This document shows, in pieces, positions 10,121 to 19,810 of a stretch of 64,000 bases of DNA. The translations under genes and the position numbers were made by a program. This DNA comes from a virus. Position 1 is the stretch's first letter, and the number at the start of each line of letters is the position of its first letter. The notes under the pieces were generated by a model that was not told the DNA's origin, searched no databases, and worked only from the letters and a program-made list of their open reading frames with translations. The stretch lies in IMG/VR virus record IMGVR_UViG_3300029267_002792. One strand, 5' to 3'.

Positions 10121-10680
10121 CAGAACACCGTGCACGTGTTGGTTATTGCAACCGGGGTGGGCGTCGTCGTGTCCTCCCCAGTGATGAGCACCGTCACAGC
10201 GCTCTTCGTTACTCGGTCCATCGCGTCTGCCAGCTTCCGCGCCTTCAACCGCGCCGGCTCGTCCGAGGTGGTCAAGACCGGTAGTACCGCATCGTACATC
10301 GCCCGCGGAGACACCTCCGACACCACGGCTGCGGTCTCAACAGAAAACTCGCCCGTGCCCCCAACATTCGGACACGGCGGATCTGCCGGAGGCACCACCA
10401 AAGTAGGAAACGTCAAGTCCTGCCAGTAGGCAACAAAGGCAGCATCGAGCTGATCGGCGAACTGTCGAGCGGTCTGGCTGCGCTGAAACGCGAGCTGATC
10501 TCTAAACGGACGTTCCGAAGCGTTCTCCAGCCTCTCCCCCGACACATCCTCCGCGTCTTGCGCGTAGACGTGGTAGACACTCGCCATCTTCGCTTCCGCC
10601 TGAGCGTAAGTGATCACGCTCTGCGGCGTCTCAAACCACGTCACAAACCCGTTGTAGAGCTTGTTTACGTCGAGGCTCAC
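10120..10680 (-). CDS. Hypothetical baseplate-associated protein (186 aa)
   Basis: Coupled between spike and gp25; no PAAR motifs seen. Confidence 0.6.
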   Translation of the reverse strand: MSLDVNKLYNGFVTWFETPQSVITYAQAEAKMASVYHVYAQDAEDVSGERLENASERPFRDQLAFQRSQTARQFADQLDAAFVAYWQDLTFPTLVVPPADPPCPNVGGTGEFSVETAAVVSEVSPRAMYDAVLPVLTTSDEPARLKARKLADAMDRVTKSAVTVLITGEDTTTPTPVAITNTCTVF

Positions 10681-11549
10681 TTCATCCTCACGATCTGGGA
10701 GAGGATCGAAGGGTCAGGCGGCGGCGTTGCAACTCCAGACGGCCCTACCGGAGTCGCGTGCGTGTGCGAGACAGCCCAGGTGTACCACTTTGTTCCCAAC
10801 ACACCCGGCTCTGTTGATGGCGATGTCTCGCTCCCACCGAGATCGATCGAAGCAGCCTCGACACGCGCTCCTGCTGCGCTGAGAACCACCTTGTTCCCGT
10901 TCTTGTCGGCGACCTCGATTGTCCCATCGGTCGCATTTGTCTTGATCGTCTGGGCAGGATTCGCGCTGTCAGTAATCTCCATCGACCCGTCAGCAGTGAA
11001 CTTGATCGAGGCACTACCACCTCCCTGCGCGACCTCTCCGGGCGCCGCTGTCTTCGACCGGTCGGTGCGGGCCTCATCATCCGAGTTCGGCTTGTTCCAG
11101 ATGATCTCTACGCGCTCATCCCCATCTGCATCGCTGAACACGAGCTTGTGACCCAACCGGGTAACCATCCCGCGGATGTCTGGATAGTCCCCCGAGTAAC
11201 CAAGGCCCTCAGGCACGTCCGACGTCCCGTCGCGCTGACCCCACCAACCGCCGATATAGCACTCCGGGCGTCCGGGCTGCCCCTGTGCGAACGACACGTA
11301 CACCGGATCTCCTACCTCCGGTGGCCAAAAAATACCGCGACCGTCTCCAGCTCCTAGTACCGCCGCCTTGATCCAGATGTCCGGAGGCTGCTCCTGCATA
11401 GACGGAACGTGTGCCTGAATCCTCCCACGCGATTGCGGGTCGTCGTTGGCCGTCACGATGCCCCGGTAAAGCCCTGGGTAGATACGATAGAACTCAATCC
11501 CGTATCGGACGATGTTGTCCAAAATCTCTTCGGCCGTGATAGCCATCAA
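10677..11549 (-). CDS. Baseplate spike, gp5/VgrG-like OB-fold without lysozyme domain (290 aa)
   Basis: YRGIVTANDDPQSRGRIQAHVP...W...G.GIFWPPEVGDPVYVSF.QG; C-terminal HTH metal-binding tip. Confidence 0.9.
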   Translation of the reverse strand: MMAITAEEILDNIVRYGIEFYRIYPGLYRGIVTANDDPQSRGRIQAHVPSMQEQPPDIWIKAAVLGAGDGRGIFWPPEVGDPVYVSFAQGQPGRPECYIGGWWGQRDGTSDVPEGLGYSGDYPDIRGMVTRLGHKLVFSDADGDERVEIIWNKPNSDDEARTDRSKTAAPGEVAQGGGSASIKFTADGSMEITDSANPAQTIKTNATDGTIEVADKNGNKVVLSAAGARVEAASIDLGGSETSPSTEPGVLGTKWYTWAVSHTHATPVGPSGVATPPPDPSILSQIVRMK

Positions 11550-12994
11550 CCACCCCCTCGAAGCTCCGCCCTCGCTCGTTCCGCCTGACTCCGATGCACG
11601 GATGCGGTGTACGCAGGACTATCCTCCACATCGGTTGTATTGGCACGACCGGTTGGCTGCCTCGTACCTTCGGATCGAGCAGCATCCACATTCGATTGGA
11701 GCCGCAGATTCGTCGTAAACCCTCCCATCCCTATCGAGTGTGTGACGGCATCCACCCGGTATACCTGGTTATCGAACCGCCTCCCCAACCCGGACAAAGC
11801 CACCATATCCCCAGGAAGTATTGTCGGGTCGCCGATCGTCTCCAGCTCACACTGCAGACTCATCGCTGCCCCAGTACGAACCTCAGCTTCGGCCCTCGCC
11901 ACAGCATCCGGGTTATCCGGATCACCGGGAACCTGATTCGGGACGTCCGGAAGCTCATCAGTCGCGGTCAGTGTCTGCCCTCCCTCTCCGCTATCCACCG
12001 GCTCATCCGTCTGCTCCAGTGTGATGATCTCTTCCGACGGCTCAACGCTATCCGGATCAACACTTCGGAGGGCAGCCCCATGGTTGAGGACATCTTGGTA
12101 CGTCAGCGCATTCCAAACGGCTTCGGTGTTGCACGAAAAAGACAAAATAGGTAGCTCCACCTCGGATAGCTGTCCAGCCTGTAGTTGTAGACCGCCAACG
12201 CCCTGCAACCTCCCTCCCGGATAGTGGTAAAGCCTGAACCTGCGAGTAGGAGGTCGAGAGAACGTGTCCACCCGAGGAAGCCACAGCAAGCGCGAAGCCC
12301 CTCCTGACACACGCGGCCCGACAATGAGCATGAAGCACTGCGTGCGCTCCGCCATCTCCCACAACGCAAACCAGTCCGATCGGCCGCCCTGCACAAACCC
12401 GGCAGCCGACTCATTCAGGTATCTCCCAGCTTCGGACGTCTCAGGCACACTCGAGAAGTCCACCTCTAGCGTTCTCCGCCCTTCCCCTTCCCCAGCTACC
12501 AATCTCCGTATGAGGTTCTTTCGGGTCTCTCCTCGACCCGGCGTTATACGCCCGGGTTGCCGTTGAGCCTGACTACCTAACCCTTGACCCTTCAGGTTGA
12601 TCTGCACGTCAACGTCTATCGAGACCTCAGGAGCAACCAAGGCCACTGCATATGGAGGCGATAGGAGCGCTCCTCCGTCGCTTGTACCTCCGGTGTACCC
12701 GAGCTGGACTTCGAGGCGGTTCGTCAAACGTCCGTCCGCAAGTGGAGAGTCCAAAAACTTCATCCCGTCCTCAAACGGAGGGCTCAACTGAGCCGACACC
12801 TTAGGTAGGCCCGAGAGGTTCATCTCCACTTGCACTTCCTGCAGAAAGGACAACGCTTGCAAACTCTTCTGCCCGGGCACAGCAGGAAGACCAATCTCAG
12901 CTCCCCCTGTATTCGTCCAGAGCGGGTACGCATCCCCACTCGGAAGAATGATCCGAGCCGCTACAAACGGAGCCGAGAAGTCGAAAGTTGGCAC
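11546..12994 (-). CDS. Baseplate hub, gp27/GpD-like (482 aa)
   Basis: C-terminal IGDPTILPGDMVALSGLGRRFDNQVYRVDAVTHSI...FTT.L signature; position between LysM and spike genes. Confidence 0.8.
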   Translation of the reverse strand: MPTFDFSAPFVAARIILPSGDAYPLWTNTGGAEIGLPAVPGQKSLQALSFLQEVQVEMNLSGLPKVSAQLSPPFEDGMKFLDSPLADGRLTNRLEVQLGYTGGTSDGGALLSPPYAVALVAPEVSIDVDVQINLKGQGLGSQAQRQPGRITPGRGETRKNLIRRLVAGEGEGRRTLEVDFSSVPETSEAGRYLNESAAGFVQGGRSDWFALWEMAERTQCFMLIVGPRVSGGASRLLWLPRVDTFSRPPTRRFRLYHYPGGRLQGVGGLQLQAGQLSEVELPILSFSCNTEAVWNALTYQDVLNHGAALRSVDPDSVEPSEEIITLEQTDEPVDSGEGGQTLTATDELPDVPNQVPGDPDNPDAVARAEAEVRTGAAMSLQCELETIGDPTILPGDMVALSGLGRRFDNQVYRVDAVTHSIGMGGFTTNLRLQSNVDAARSEGTRQPTGRANTTDVEDSPAYTASVHRSQAERARAELRGGG

Positions 12995-12995
12995 G

Positions 12996-13319
12996 TTACC
13001 GCCTTTGAACCGAGGCCTTCTTGAACAGCACCTGGGTCACATAACGAGGAGACGGAATGCGGATCTCGTCCCCTACATTCAACTCCGTCGGGACTTCCTC
13101 CATATCATTGGCAACAGCTATCGCCCACCACAACCGCGAGTCCTGGTAATACCGATGAGCTAGGAGATCGAGACGATCAGCTCCGATCACACGATGCACG
13201 AGATCGTCCTTCTGCGTAGGGATGGCAGGAAGATCAAGGACCTCCCAAAACTCTACACCGTCAACCTCGGTCAGTTCCCCAAAACGGAGCCGACTCCCGC
13301 TCTGCACCGATACAGCCAT
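12996..13319 (-). CDS. LysM-like tail protein (gpX/gp53-like, 107 aa)
   Basis: DRLDLLAHRYYQDSRLWWAIAVAN...G..IRIP. Confidence 0.85.
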   Translation of the reverse strand: MAVSVQSGSRLRFGELTEVDGVEFWEVLDLPAIPTQKDDLVHRVIGADRLDLLAHRYYQDSRLWWAIAVANDMEEVPTELNVGDEIRIPSPRYVTQVLFKKASVQRR

Positions 13320-13322
13320 GCC

Positions 13323-16300
13323 TTATCTCCCTGGACCACCCGGCATACCAGGATGGCCCCCAATCCGAGAAACCGCTGCTTGGGCCTCTCGAATCGTTCG
13401 CCGGCGCTCCTCAGTTGTTCCTGCCGTTGGATTTACACCAAGAGCAGCCACCGCCTCCCGGAGTTCGTCCATCTTGGCCACGAACAACTGCTGGTATCCC
13501 CCGCGACCTCCCACTCCTCGATACCAATCCGGATGGTGGATGGCCTGAAGGACCTCATTCCCCCGAAGTTGAGCTAGGCGCCGTCGCATCGCCTCTTCAT
13601 CCGCCGGGCGAGCCAGTGCTGATGCTGCTGCTCCCCGAGCCTCAGCCAGACGCGCGTTAGCCGCGGTTATCGTCCGAAGCCGGGCAATGATGCCTTCAAC
13701 AGCTGTCTCGGTTCCTTCCATCGTGACGAGCGACTGCGCCAGCACCCGACTGAACAGGTCTGTCATGATCTCGGAGATGCCCTCGGCCATGGTCGTGAAG
13801 TGATCGACCATCGCCTCCGAGAACTCGCCCATGTTCTCCACTACAGCGGCGAAGCCCTCCTGGAACCCAGACACGATCGCATTCACGGTTGCGTCGTGGA
13901 GAACAGCCTGCATCGTCTCGGACACACTGTTAGCGGCCGAAGTCATGACTTCCTCGGTCGCCTCCATATCTCGCCCCACCACTGTGTTGATGGAGTTCCC
14001 AAACAACCGTACAGCGGCAGCCAGAATCGAATCGAGCTGCCCCCGTCCAGCGTCACCCAGAGTTTGAAACGCTTGCGTCACTGGCTGGATAGCCTGTGTC
14101 AGGCTCTCGAAAATGGGAGACAGGATAGCCGTCAGCCCACTCCACCCCTCTTGAATCCGCTCCGGGACACCTACCAGATCCTCCCACACACTGCCGATCG
14201 ACTCGCTGATCGTCGACCACACCGTACCAGCCACCTCGCTGATTCCCTCCCACGCCGCCGTGAGGTTGTTGAAAAACGGGGTTATCACCCCCTCTTGAAC
14301 CGACGACAACGCTAGAGCTATGTTCTCCCGGATACTTCCCCATATCTCAGCAAGACGAGTCCTAAGTTCCTCAAATCGAGCTACCCACTGCGGGAGCACT
14401 TCCTCGATAGCTTGGGTCGTCTGCGGAAACACGTTCCGAAACCACTGCACAAACCCGGTCCAAAGACCACGCAACCACCTCTCGAAGCGCTGTGGCGCAG
14501 ACGTGGCGTTCTCCCACATCGACTCGAAAGTACCAAACGCCCCATCCCACAGCTCCAAAAACTCCTCAGCTACAGGCTCCCACAGCTCTTGGAACCATAC
14601 CGCTACCGCTCCGACAACCTCCCGGACATTATCCCCCCAGCGCTCCCACCCCTCAGCAACGATTGCCCAGAGGCCTACAAATGGGGCTACCAACAAAGCC
14701 GCTCCAACCGTAAGCGCGGCAACCAACGCCGCAACGATAGCTGCCGACAGCGCTGTGCTCGACACCATGAACACGTCAAGCCAATGGTCTCGGAACCACT
14801 GCCCGATCATCGTCCCAAGAACCTCCAGAGCCGGCTGGACAGCCTCCCACAAGCTAGCGGCGAGGTCACCGATCTGGCTGAACACCTGGTTCCAATCAAT
14901 CCCCTCCCACCATTCACCGATGCGATTCCAAATGATCTCCCGGAACTGAGTCATCTTGGTTTCCAGCCATGGCCGAATGTGCTCAAACAGGCCCTCCAGA
15001 CCCTGCCGAATGTTCGCCCATATCCCGGCCCAATCTACCTCCCCTAGTCTCTCCACCACTCGGCGGATAGCACCCATGACTCCGCGATCCTCTTCTCCAG
15101 CGGCCGGACCCTCGAAGAGCTGATCGAAATTCAGGTTGGAAAACGCCTCCGCCGCGCGGACCACCCACTGTTCGATATCACCAATCCACTCCTCGAAGAT
15201 GGAGGCGTACCGTTGCGCCTGGTTGTCGATCGCCCGGCCAAGCATCACCATGGGGTCGATGGCCTCTTCCCCGGCTTGGCGAGCGCTTCTAGACAAACGC
15301 CCCCACTCGGTAATCACATCCGTCGTGAAGATAGAAATATACCCAAGCACGGTGTCGAGAATGCCACCCCACGACGTGAAAGCTTCAACAAGCGGCATGA
15401 TCTGCCCACGTAGCTCGTCGGCCGCTATCGCCGAACCGCGCAGCTCGGCGGGCATGAGAGCCAGAGCCCCTAGCTGTTGGGACCGAGAAAGAAGCCCCAT
15501 GACATCCCGGAGAGGTCCGGTAGACCGCGCCGCTTCGCCCGCCGCCACTCGAAGATCCCTCAGGCTGTCGCGCGTGCGCCGGAGAAAGTCCCGCGAGTCG
15601 GCCCGCGAAATCCGACGCATCGCCGTTTGAAACCCGGCCCGCATGCGTTCGAGGACCTCGTCCATCGTGCGACCGGTCGTGTGGGCGTCCCGAGCCAACT
15701 GTGTGAGGTCAACGGAGGCGTTGCGAATAGACCCCATCGCCTGGACGGTCTCCGAGTCCATCGTTCCCCAGAAGTTGATCAGCGTCGCCGTCATCTCAGG
15801 ACCAAATACCTGCTGCAGCCGCCCACGCATGAACTCCATCAGACGTCCAACGTTGCCCCCGCTATCCCGGGTGCTCTGGACCAGCTGCCCCATGCCTTCG
15901 ATAAGGCCGCCCGGACCGGCCTGCATGAGGCGGAATGACTCGTTCACCTCACCTCGGGTGACAGCAAGCTCCGTGACCAGCTGAGGAAGCTGATCCTCAG
16001 TGCCTGCAAACATGTTCTGGAACGCTTCTCGACTCTCCGTTACAGTCCCGGCCAGCTCGGAAGCCATCTGACGGGCTCGATCTGAGTCCTGCGTCAGTGC
16101 GAACAATCCTCGCGCAGCCGCAGCGGTGTCAGCCGCAAACGCAGCCATCTGCTCCGGCGTATCCCCCAGAGCCCGACGACGTTCAAGCATCTGCAAAACC
16201 TGTGGAAGCTCATTCAAGGCGCCAGCTACATCCCCCGTCTCACGACCCATCTGCGTCAGAGCAGAAGTGACCAAGTTGATCTGCTCGTCCGAAGCCCCAA

Positions 16301-17120
16301 GATTTCGCAGCTCTAGAGTCGAATTACGAAGAACGTCGGCGTTGATTCCGAGCGCCGAAGTTAGCCTAGCCACATCCTGAGCGCTCCGGAGACCTGTCGC
16401 TCCCAGCACCTCAGCAGATTCGTCCCACGCACGAATGGCCCTGGCGGCCTCATCCGCCCCGATGTTGAGTCCCATAGCCATGCTGGTAGACTGCTGGACA
16501 AACCGATTGAGGTCGCTGCCGATATACCCCATGTTCGCGCCGACTTGCCGTGCCGTCTGACCCAGAGAGACAGCCTCGGCCTCCAGGCTGTTGGTCAGGT
16601 TCACGCCCTCATTCGCGATCCGGTGAATCGCGTCCCCGGCCCGGCGAGGTAGGCCTGTCACAGCATCAACCATACCTCCGGCCGACTCCGCCGCCTGACC
16701 AAACCCAGCAATGATCGGCCCGAGAGCCATACCAACCCAGCCCAGAGCCCCCGTTATCTTCCCGGCCCCTCCAAGAACCGAGTTCGCCATGCGACCAAAC
16801 TTCGTACCACCGACAGCTGCCTCGGCAGCCATACCACCCATAGCGACCGAGAGGTCGTCTACCTGCTCCTTGGGGTCGCTCGGAAGACTCAGATCTAGGT
16901 CGTCGAATGACCACTCGACGCCCTCGAACTCTTTGAGTTCATCACCAAGACCGCTGAATAGCCCTCCAGCCGGGGCGAGCCCTTCTGCGGCGGTGTGCTG
17001 AAAGTCACTGAGCGAGTCGTTCAGCTGCTTGAACTGGGTGTCGACGTTACCGAGCGCAGCGTTCAGACCAGAGTCTTTGGCCCCAAAGCTGAAACCGCAG
17101 CCCATGAAGTTCAAACCCAC
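13323..17120 (-). CDS. Tape measure protein (1265 aa)
   Basis: Long helical Ala/Gly-rich ORF with periodic Trp and hydrophobic segments; directly after the chaperone frameshift pair; GGAGG before GTG. Confidence 0.9.
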   Translation of the reverse strand: MGLNFMGCGFSFGAKDSGLNAALGNVDTQFKQLNDSLSDFQHTAAEGLAPAGGLFSGLGDELKEFEGVEWSFDDLDLSLPSDPKEQVDDLSVAMGGMAAEAAVGGTKFGRMANSVLGGAGKITGALGWVGMALGPIIAGFGQAAESAGGMVDAVTGLPRRAGDAIHRIANEGVNLTNSLEAEAVSLGQTARQVGANMGYIGSDLNRFVQQSTSMAMGLNIGADEAARAIRAWDESAEVLGATGLRSAQDVARLTSALGINADVLRNSTLELRNLGASDEQINLVTSALTQMGRETGDVAGALNELPQVLQMLERRRALGDTPEQMAAFAADTAAAARGLFALTQDSDRARQMASELAGTVTESREAFQNMFAGTEDQLPQLVTELAVTRGEVNESFRLMQAGPGGLIEGMGQLVQSTRDSGGNVGRLMEFMRGRLQQVFGPEMTATLINFWGTMDSETVQAMGSIRNASVDLTQLARDAHTTGRTMDEVLERMRAGFQTAMRRISRADSRDFLRRTRDSLRDLRVAAGEAARSTGPLRDVMGLLSRSQQLGALALMPAELRGSAIAADELRGQIMPLVEAFTSWGGILDTVLGYISIFTTDVITEWGRLSRSARQAGEEAIDPMVMLGRAIDNQAQRYASIFEEWIGDIEQWVVRAAEAFSNLNFDQLFEGPAAGEEDRGVMGAIRRVVERLGEVDWAGIWANIRQGLEGLFEHIRPWLETKMTQFREIIWNRIGEWWEGIDWNQVFSQIGDLAASLWEAVQPALEVLGTMIGQWFRDHWLDVFMVSSTALSAAIVAALVAALTVGAALLVAPFVGLWAIVAEGWERWGDNVREVVGAVAVWFQELWEPVAEEFLELWDGAFGTFESMWENATSAPQRFERWLRGLWTGFVQWFRNVFPQTTQAIEEVLPQWVARFEELRTRLAEIWGSIRENIALALSSVQEGVITPFFNNLTAAWEGISEVAGTVWSTISESIGSVWEDLVGVPERIQEGWSGLTAILSPIFESLTQAIQPVTQAFQTLGDAGRGQLDSILAAAVRLFGNSINTVVGRDMEATEEVMTSAANSVSETMQAVLHDATVNAIVSGFQEGFAAVVENMGEFSEAMVDHFTTMAEGISEIMTDLFSRVLAQSLVTMEGTETAVEGIIARLRTITAANARLAEARGAAASALARPADEEAMRRRLAQLRGNEVLQAIHHPDWYRGVGGRGGYQQLFVAKMDELREAVAALGVNPTAGTTEERRRTIREAQAAVSRIGGHPGMPGGPGR

Positions 17121-17129
17121 TGCCGCCTC

Positions 17130-17345
17130 CTACCGTCTTCGTGCTCTCGCCCGAGCCTGCTGAAGAGCCGCGTTGTGATTCTGCTGACGCGTCCGCTCGA
17201 GGTTGGATTTCTCGACCATCAAACGGTGACGCCGTGTCACGGGCATGCCCATGACAGCTTCGTAGGAGATACCGGACCAACACTCCATCAAAAAAAAGAG
17301 TTCCTTCTCTAGCGCTTCCGCCGACCCCCAGGGAAGAAAAAATTT
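17130..17345 (-). CDS. -1 frameshift extension (gpGT-like) of the tail assembly chaperone
   Basis: Slippery A AAT TTT TTC at 17345-17336; the -1 frame reads LPWGSAEALEKELFFLMECWSGISYEAVMGMPV... to a stop at 17130, just before the tape measure gene. Confidence 0.8.
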   Translation of the reverse strand, partial: KFFLPWGSAEALEKELFFLMECWSGISYEAVMGMPVTRRHRLMVEKSNLERTRQQNHNAALQQARARARRR

Positions 17346-18163
17346 GCAGCGCTGAGATCCAGATCCTTCTCCCACTCGCTCCCACACGACGGGCACTCCA
17401 GCTCCAAAGTCGTATCGATGCCGCCCTCCACCTCCTCAAACTCGTTCCGGAGGAATTGGCGATCACGCATCCCTAGCGACTTTACCATCTTGAGGGTGGG
17501 CTTTTCACCTCCAAGCAGCTCCAACCGCATAAGCAAAGACTGGGACGGCCCATCTGCCTTGTGTTTCTGCCGCTTGATGATCTTGTTGAAGTTGGCCTCA
17601 TCGGCCCCTGTCGGTACCCGAAATCTGGCTGTGGTACCGGAAGGAAGCTGCACGTCGTACACCCGCTTCCGCGGGTTTTTCATCTCCTTCGGGTTCAGGT
17701 CTTCCGCAAGGTCAACCATGAACAGCGTAGTTACTCCGCAGTCCGGACACTTCTCTCTCACCGGGAGGTCGTCCCCGAGAGTGACGCGCCGGATGGCGAA
17801 AATGAGAAAGACGCGATCCCCGATAACCAGGTCCTGCACCATCCCCGAAATGAGGCCCTTGTCCGTGACGGTCCCAATACGCTCCACGCACCCGGCTAGA
17901 AGAGTCGACACCTTCTGTGCCGAAGGAACCTGTTGCGAGGACAACATGTCCTCCTCGTGTCCCGTAATCTCCCGAACCTGTACCTCCCGGAATAGCTCTT
18001 GAGTGTGCGGGTCCAGGTAGCCGCATGGCAGCTCGAACACACCTAGCGTACCTTTCGGCGTCTCCATCTGCTGCACGGTGTGCATGTGCTCGATGGCTCC
18101 ACCCACAGGTGCCTCAGGCTTTCCATCGCTGATCTCGTTCTGAAGATTTTGTTCGCCGTTCAT
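17309..18163 (-). CDS. Tail assembly chaperone, T4 gp26-like (284 aa)
   Basis: VREITGHEEDML; CPDCG and CPSCG zinc pairs; ends ANFFFP upstream of the tape measure gene. Confidence 0.8.
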   Translation of the reverse strand: MNGEQNLQNEISDGKPEAPVGGAIEHMHTVQQMETPKGTLGVFELPCGYLDPHTQELFREVQVREITGHEEDMLSSQQVPSAQKVSTLLAGCVERIGTVTDKGLISGMVQDLVIGDRVFLIFAIRRVTLGDDLPVREKCPDCGVTTLFMVDLAEDLNPKEMKNPRKRVYDVQLPSGTTARFRVPTGADEANFNKIIKRQKHKADGPSQSLLMRLELLGGEKPTLKMVKSLGMRDRQFLRNEFEEVEGGIDTTLELECPSCGSEWEKDLDLSAANFFFPGGRRKR

Positions 18164-18741
18164 GGTCTCGTCCTTCCTACAATCCGCCGGGTCTCCGCCT
18201 CATACATGCGGATGAGCCCTTTCAGTGTGTCTGTCACCGTCGTCCCGTTCCTGTCCGCGATGGCCTTGAAGCTCGCGTAGACGTCCCGACCAACCCAAAC
18301 GTTGATCTTCACGTCCGAGCCCCCATCCTGGAACATGTCCAGATCGTCGAACTGGTCTGCCTCCGTCACGTATTTCGACATGAGGAAGCGGACCAGAGAC
18401 GACACGCTCCGGAAACCGTGCCTGGCAGCCAAGCCATTTTTGAGCTTTCTGTGGAGGCCTTGGCTCACGAAGAAGTTGATTGGGCGCGTGTGCTCCCCAG
18501 ACGCCGGCTGTGGCACCTTGGCCTGTATATCCCGAGCCATAGCGCACGTCCGGCACAGGAGCACACCGTTGCCGACAACCCTCTTCCCACCGGCCTCTTC
18601 CGGCACGATCATGCGCACCTTCAACCGCTCAATGTCCCCGCAGTTCGAGCACCGGCCCCCACAGGCATCAAAGACACGAGTCTCCCAGGCGCCCCTCCGA
18701 TCCTTGACAGACGCCTTCAGAACCTCTGTTCCACCGTCCAT
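18160..18741 (-). CDS. Degenerate HNH zinc domain fused to two ribbon-helix-helix domains (193 aa)
   Basis: CSNC...MIVP...GN..LLCRTC lacks the catalytic His residues; two RHH-like segments RPINFFVSQGLHRKLK... and VKINVWVGRDVYASFK... Confidence 0.65.
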   Translation of the reverse strand: MDGGTEVLKASVKDRRGAWETRVFDACGGRCSNCGDIERLKVRMIVPEEAGGKRVVGNGVLLCRTCAMARDIQAKVPQPASGEHTRPINFFVSQGLHRKLKNGLAARHGFRSVSSLVRFLMSKYVTEADQFDDLDMFQDGGSDVKINVWVGRDVYASFKAIADRNGTTVTDTLKGLIRMYEAETRRIVGRTRP

Positions 18742-18748
18742 TGTACGC
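18735..18748. promoter_or_regulatory. Operator-like palindrome, copy 1 (CGTCCATTGTACGC), overlapping the HNH-RHH start codon
   Basis: 14/14 identical to the reverse complement of the copy at 59570-59583. Confidence 0.6.
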
Positions 18749-18762
18749 TTCCTCCACTACTG

Positions 18763-18776
18763 CAATTCTTAGGTAA
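18763..18776 (-). promoter_or_regulatory. TTACCTAAGAATTG motif, 21 nt upstream of ATG 18741
   Basis: 13/14 identical to 19811-19824, at a similar distance from a start codon. Confidence 0.45.
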
Positions 18777-18816
18777 ACCTACTCACACGCCGACGACCCC
18801 GAAAGGGATCTCGGAC

Positions 18817-18999
18817 CTATTTCTGCTTGGGCTTCTTCTTCGATCGCTTGACAGGCTTGTAGGGTGGTACCGGGGGCCGAAGAGGTGCCCCCAAAGGAAC
18901 TTCGTAACCACCCACCCCACTTGAGGTTGTCTGCTCCTGCTGATCGCGTTGACGGCGAAGCACCTTCTCAGTATCGAGAGTCTCCCAATCCTTGCCCAT
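18817..18999 (-). CDS. Small hypothetical protein with basic C-terminus (60 aa)
   Basis: GAGG ribosome-binding site; fills the gap after the tube-like gene. Confidence 0.55.
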   Translation of the reverse strand: MGKDWETLDTEKVLRRQRDQQEQTTSSGVGGYEVPLGAPLRPPVPPYKPVKRSKKKPKQK

Positions 19000-19002
19000 A
19001 GC

Positions 19003-19788
19003 CTACCTCGCAGTTACGCCGCCTACAGCGTCAGCAATCGCAATACCCATAGCCACTGGAGCCGCCTCACTACCGAGCGACAGCTCGTCCCAAGATTCAA
19101 CGGCAATCTCTAACTCCTGGATCGAGATCGACCCGTCAGATGCGTCGAAATCGCCAGCTGCCTTGTATCGGGCCGGAACGCAACCGTAGAGAACCCACGC
19201 CTTGGCAGGGAGTCGCGGAGCGAACTCAAAAGGCCCAAGGGGTGCCCCGGCAGCAGACGACGCTATTGATTGCGCCTGAGCCGCAGAACCGGCCAAAAAA
19301 GCCGTCGAGGCTAGAGACGAGGGACTTCCTACCAGCGCCGTCGCCGTCCCTTGTAGAGCCAGTACACCGGCCGCAGCCGCCAATCCCTGTGCCGCCCCCG
19401 CCGGAATCGGGTTCCTGGACATAAAATGCACCAGGAGCAGGTCTCTTCGAGGCGTTGCACCACCCAGCGCTGTAGCGTGGAGCGGCCCCCTTCCACCAGT
19501 GTTACCTGCTAACGCAGCCAGAACCCACCGATAGAAGTCACTGTCGTACCACTTCGAGGCCCGCGACAATGTCATGTTCGAGGCGTCGCCGCCTTTCACG
19601 ACCTTGCGCTTGAAAAACCAGTTGGCCTCGGTAATCTCTGTGATCTCGACATTCACCTCAGGGGCCGTGATCGAGGAGAAACCGAGAAGCGGGGAAAAGA
19701 GAGGAAGGGCCAAAGGTTCGATCGGCGCGATATCCATCAACCAGAACGGATAGTTCTGCAGGTAGTCAGTCAGCGAGCTTCTGGCCAC
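19003..19788 (-). CDS. Second tail-tube-like (gp19-family) protein with Ala/Gly hydrophobic insertion (261 aa)
   Basis: GFSSITAPEV..E...ITEANW; MTLSR...DSDFYRW; W.LYGCVP..YKA.GDFDAS...ISIQELE.AVE. Confidence 0.8.
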   Translation of the reverse strand: MARSSLTDYLQNYPFWLMDIAPIEPLALPLFSPLLGFSSITAPEVNVEITEITEANWFFKRKVVKGGDASNMTLSRASKWYDSDFYRWVLAALAGNTGGRGPLHATALGGATPRRDLLLVHFMSRNPIPAGAAQGLAAAAGVLALQGTATALVGSPSSLASTAFLAGSAAQAQSIASSAAGAPLGPFEFAPRLPAKAWVLYGCVPARYKAAGDFDASDGSISIQELEIAVESWDELSLGSEAAPVAMGIAIADAVGGVTAR

Positions 19789-19810
19789 GGTTCAACCCGA
19801 TCCAATCAAT

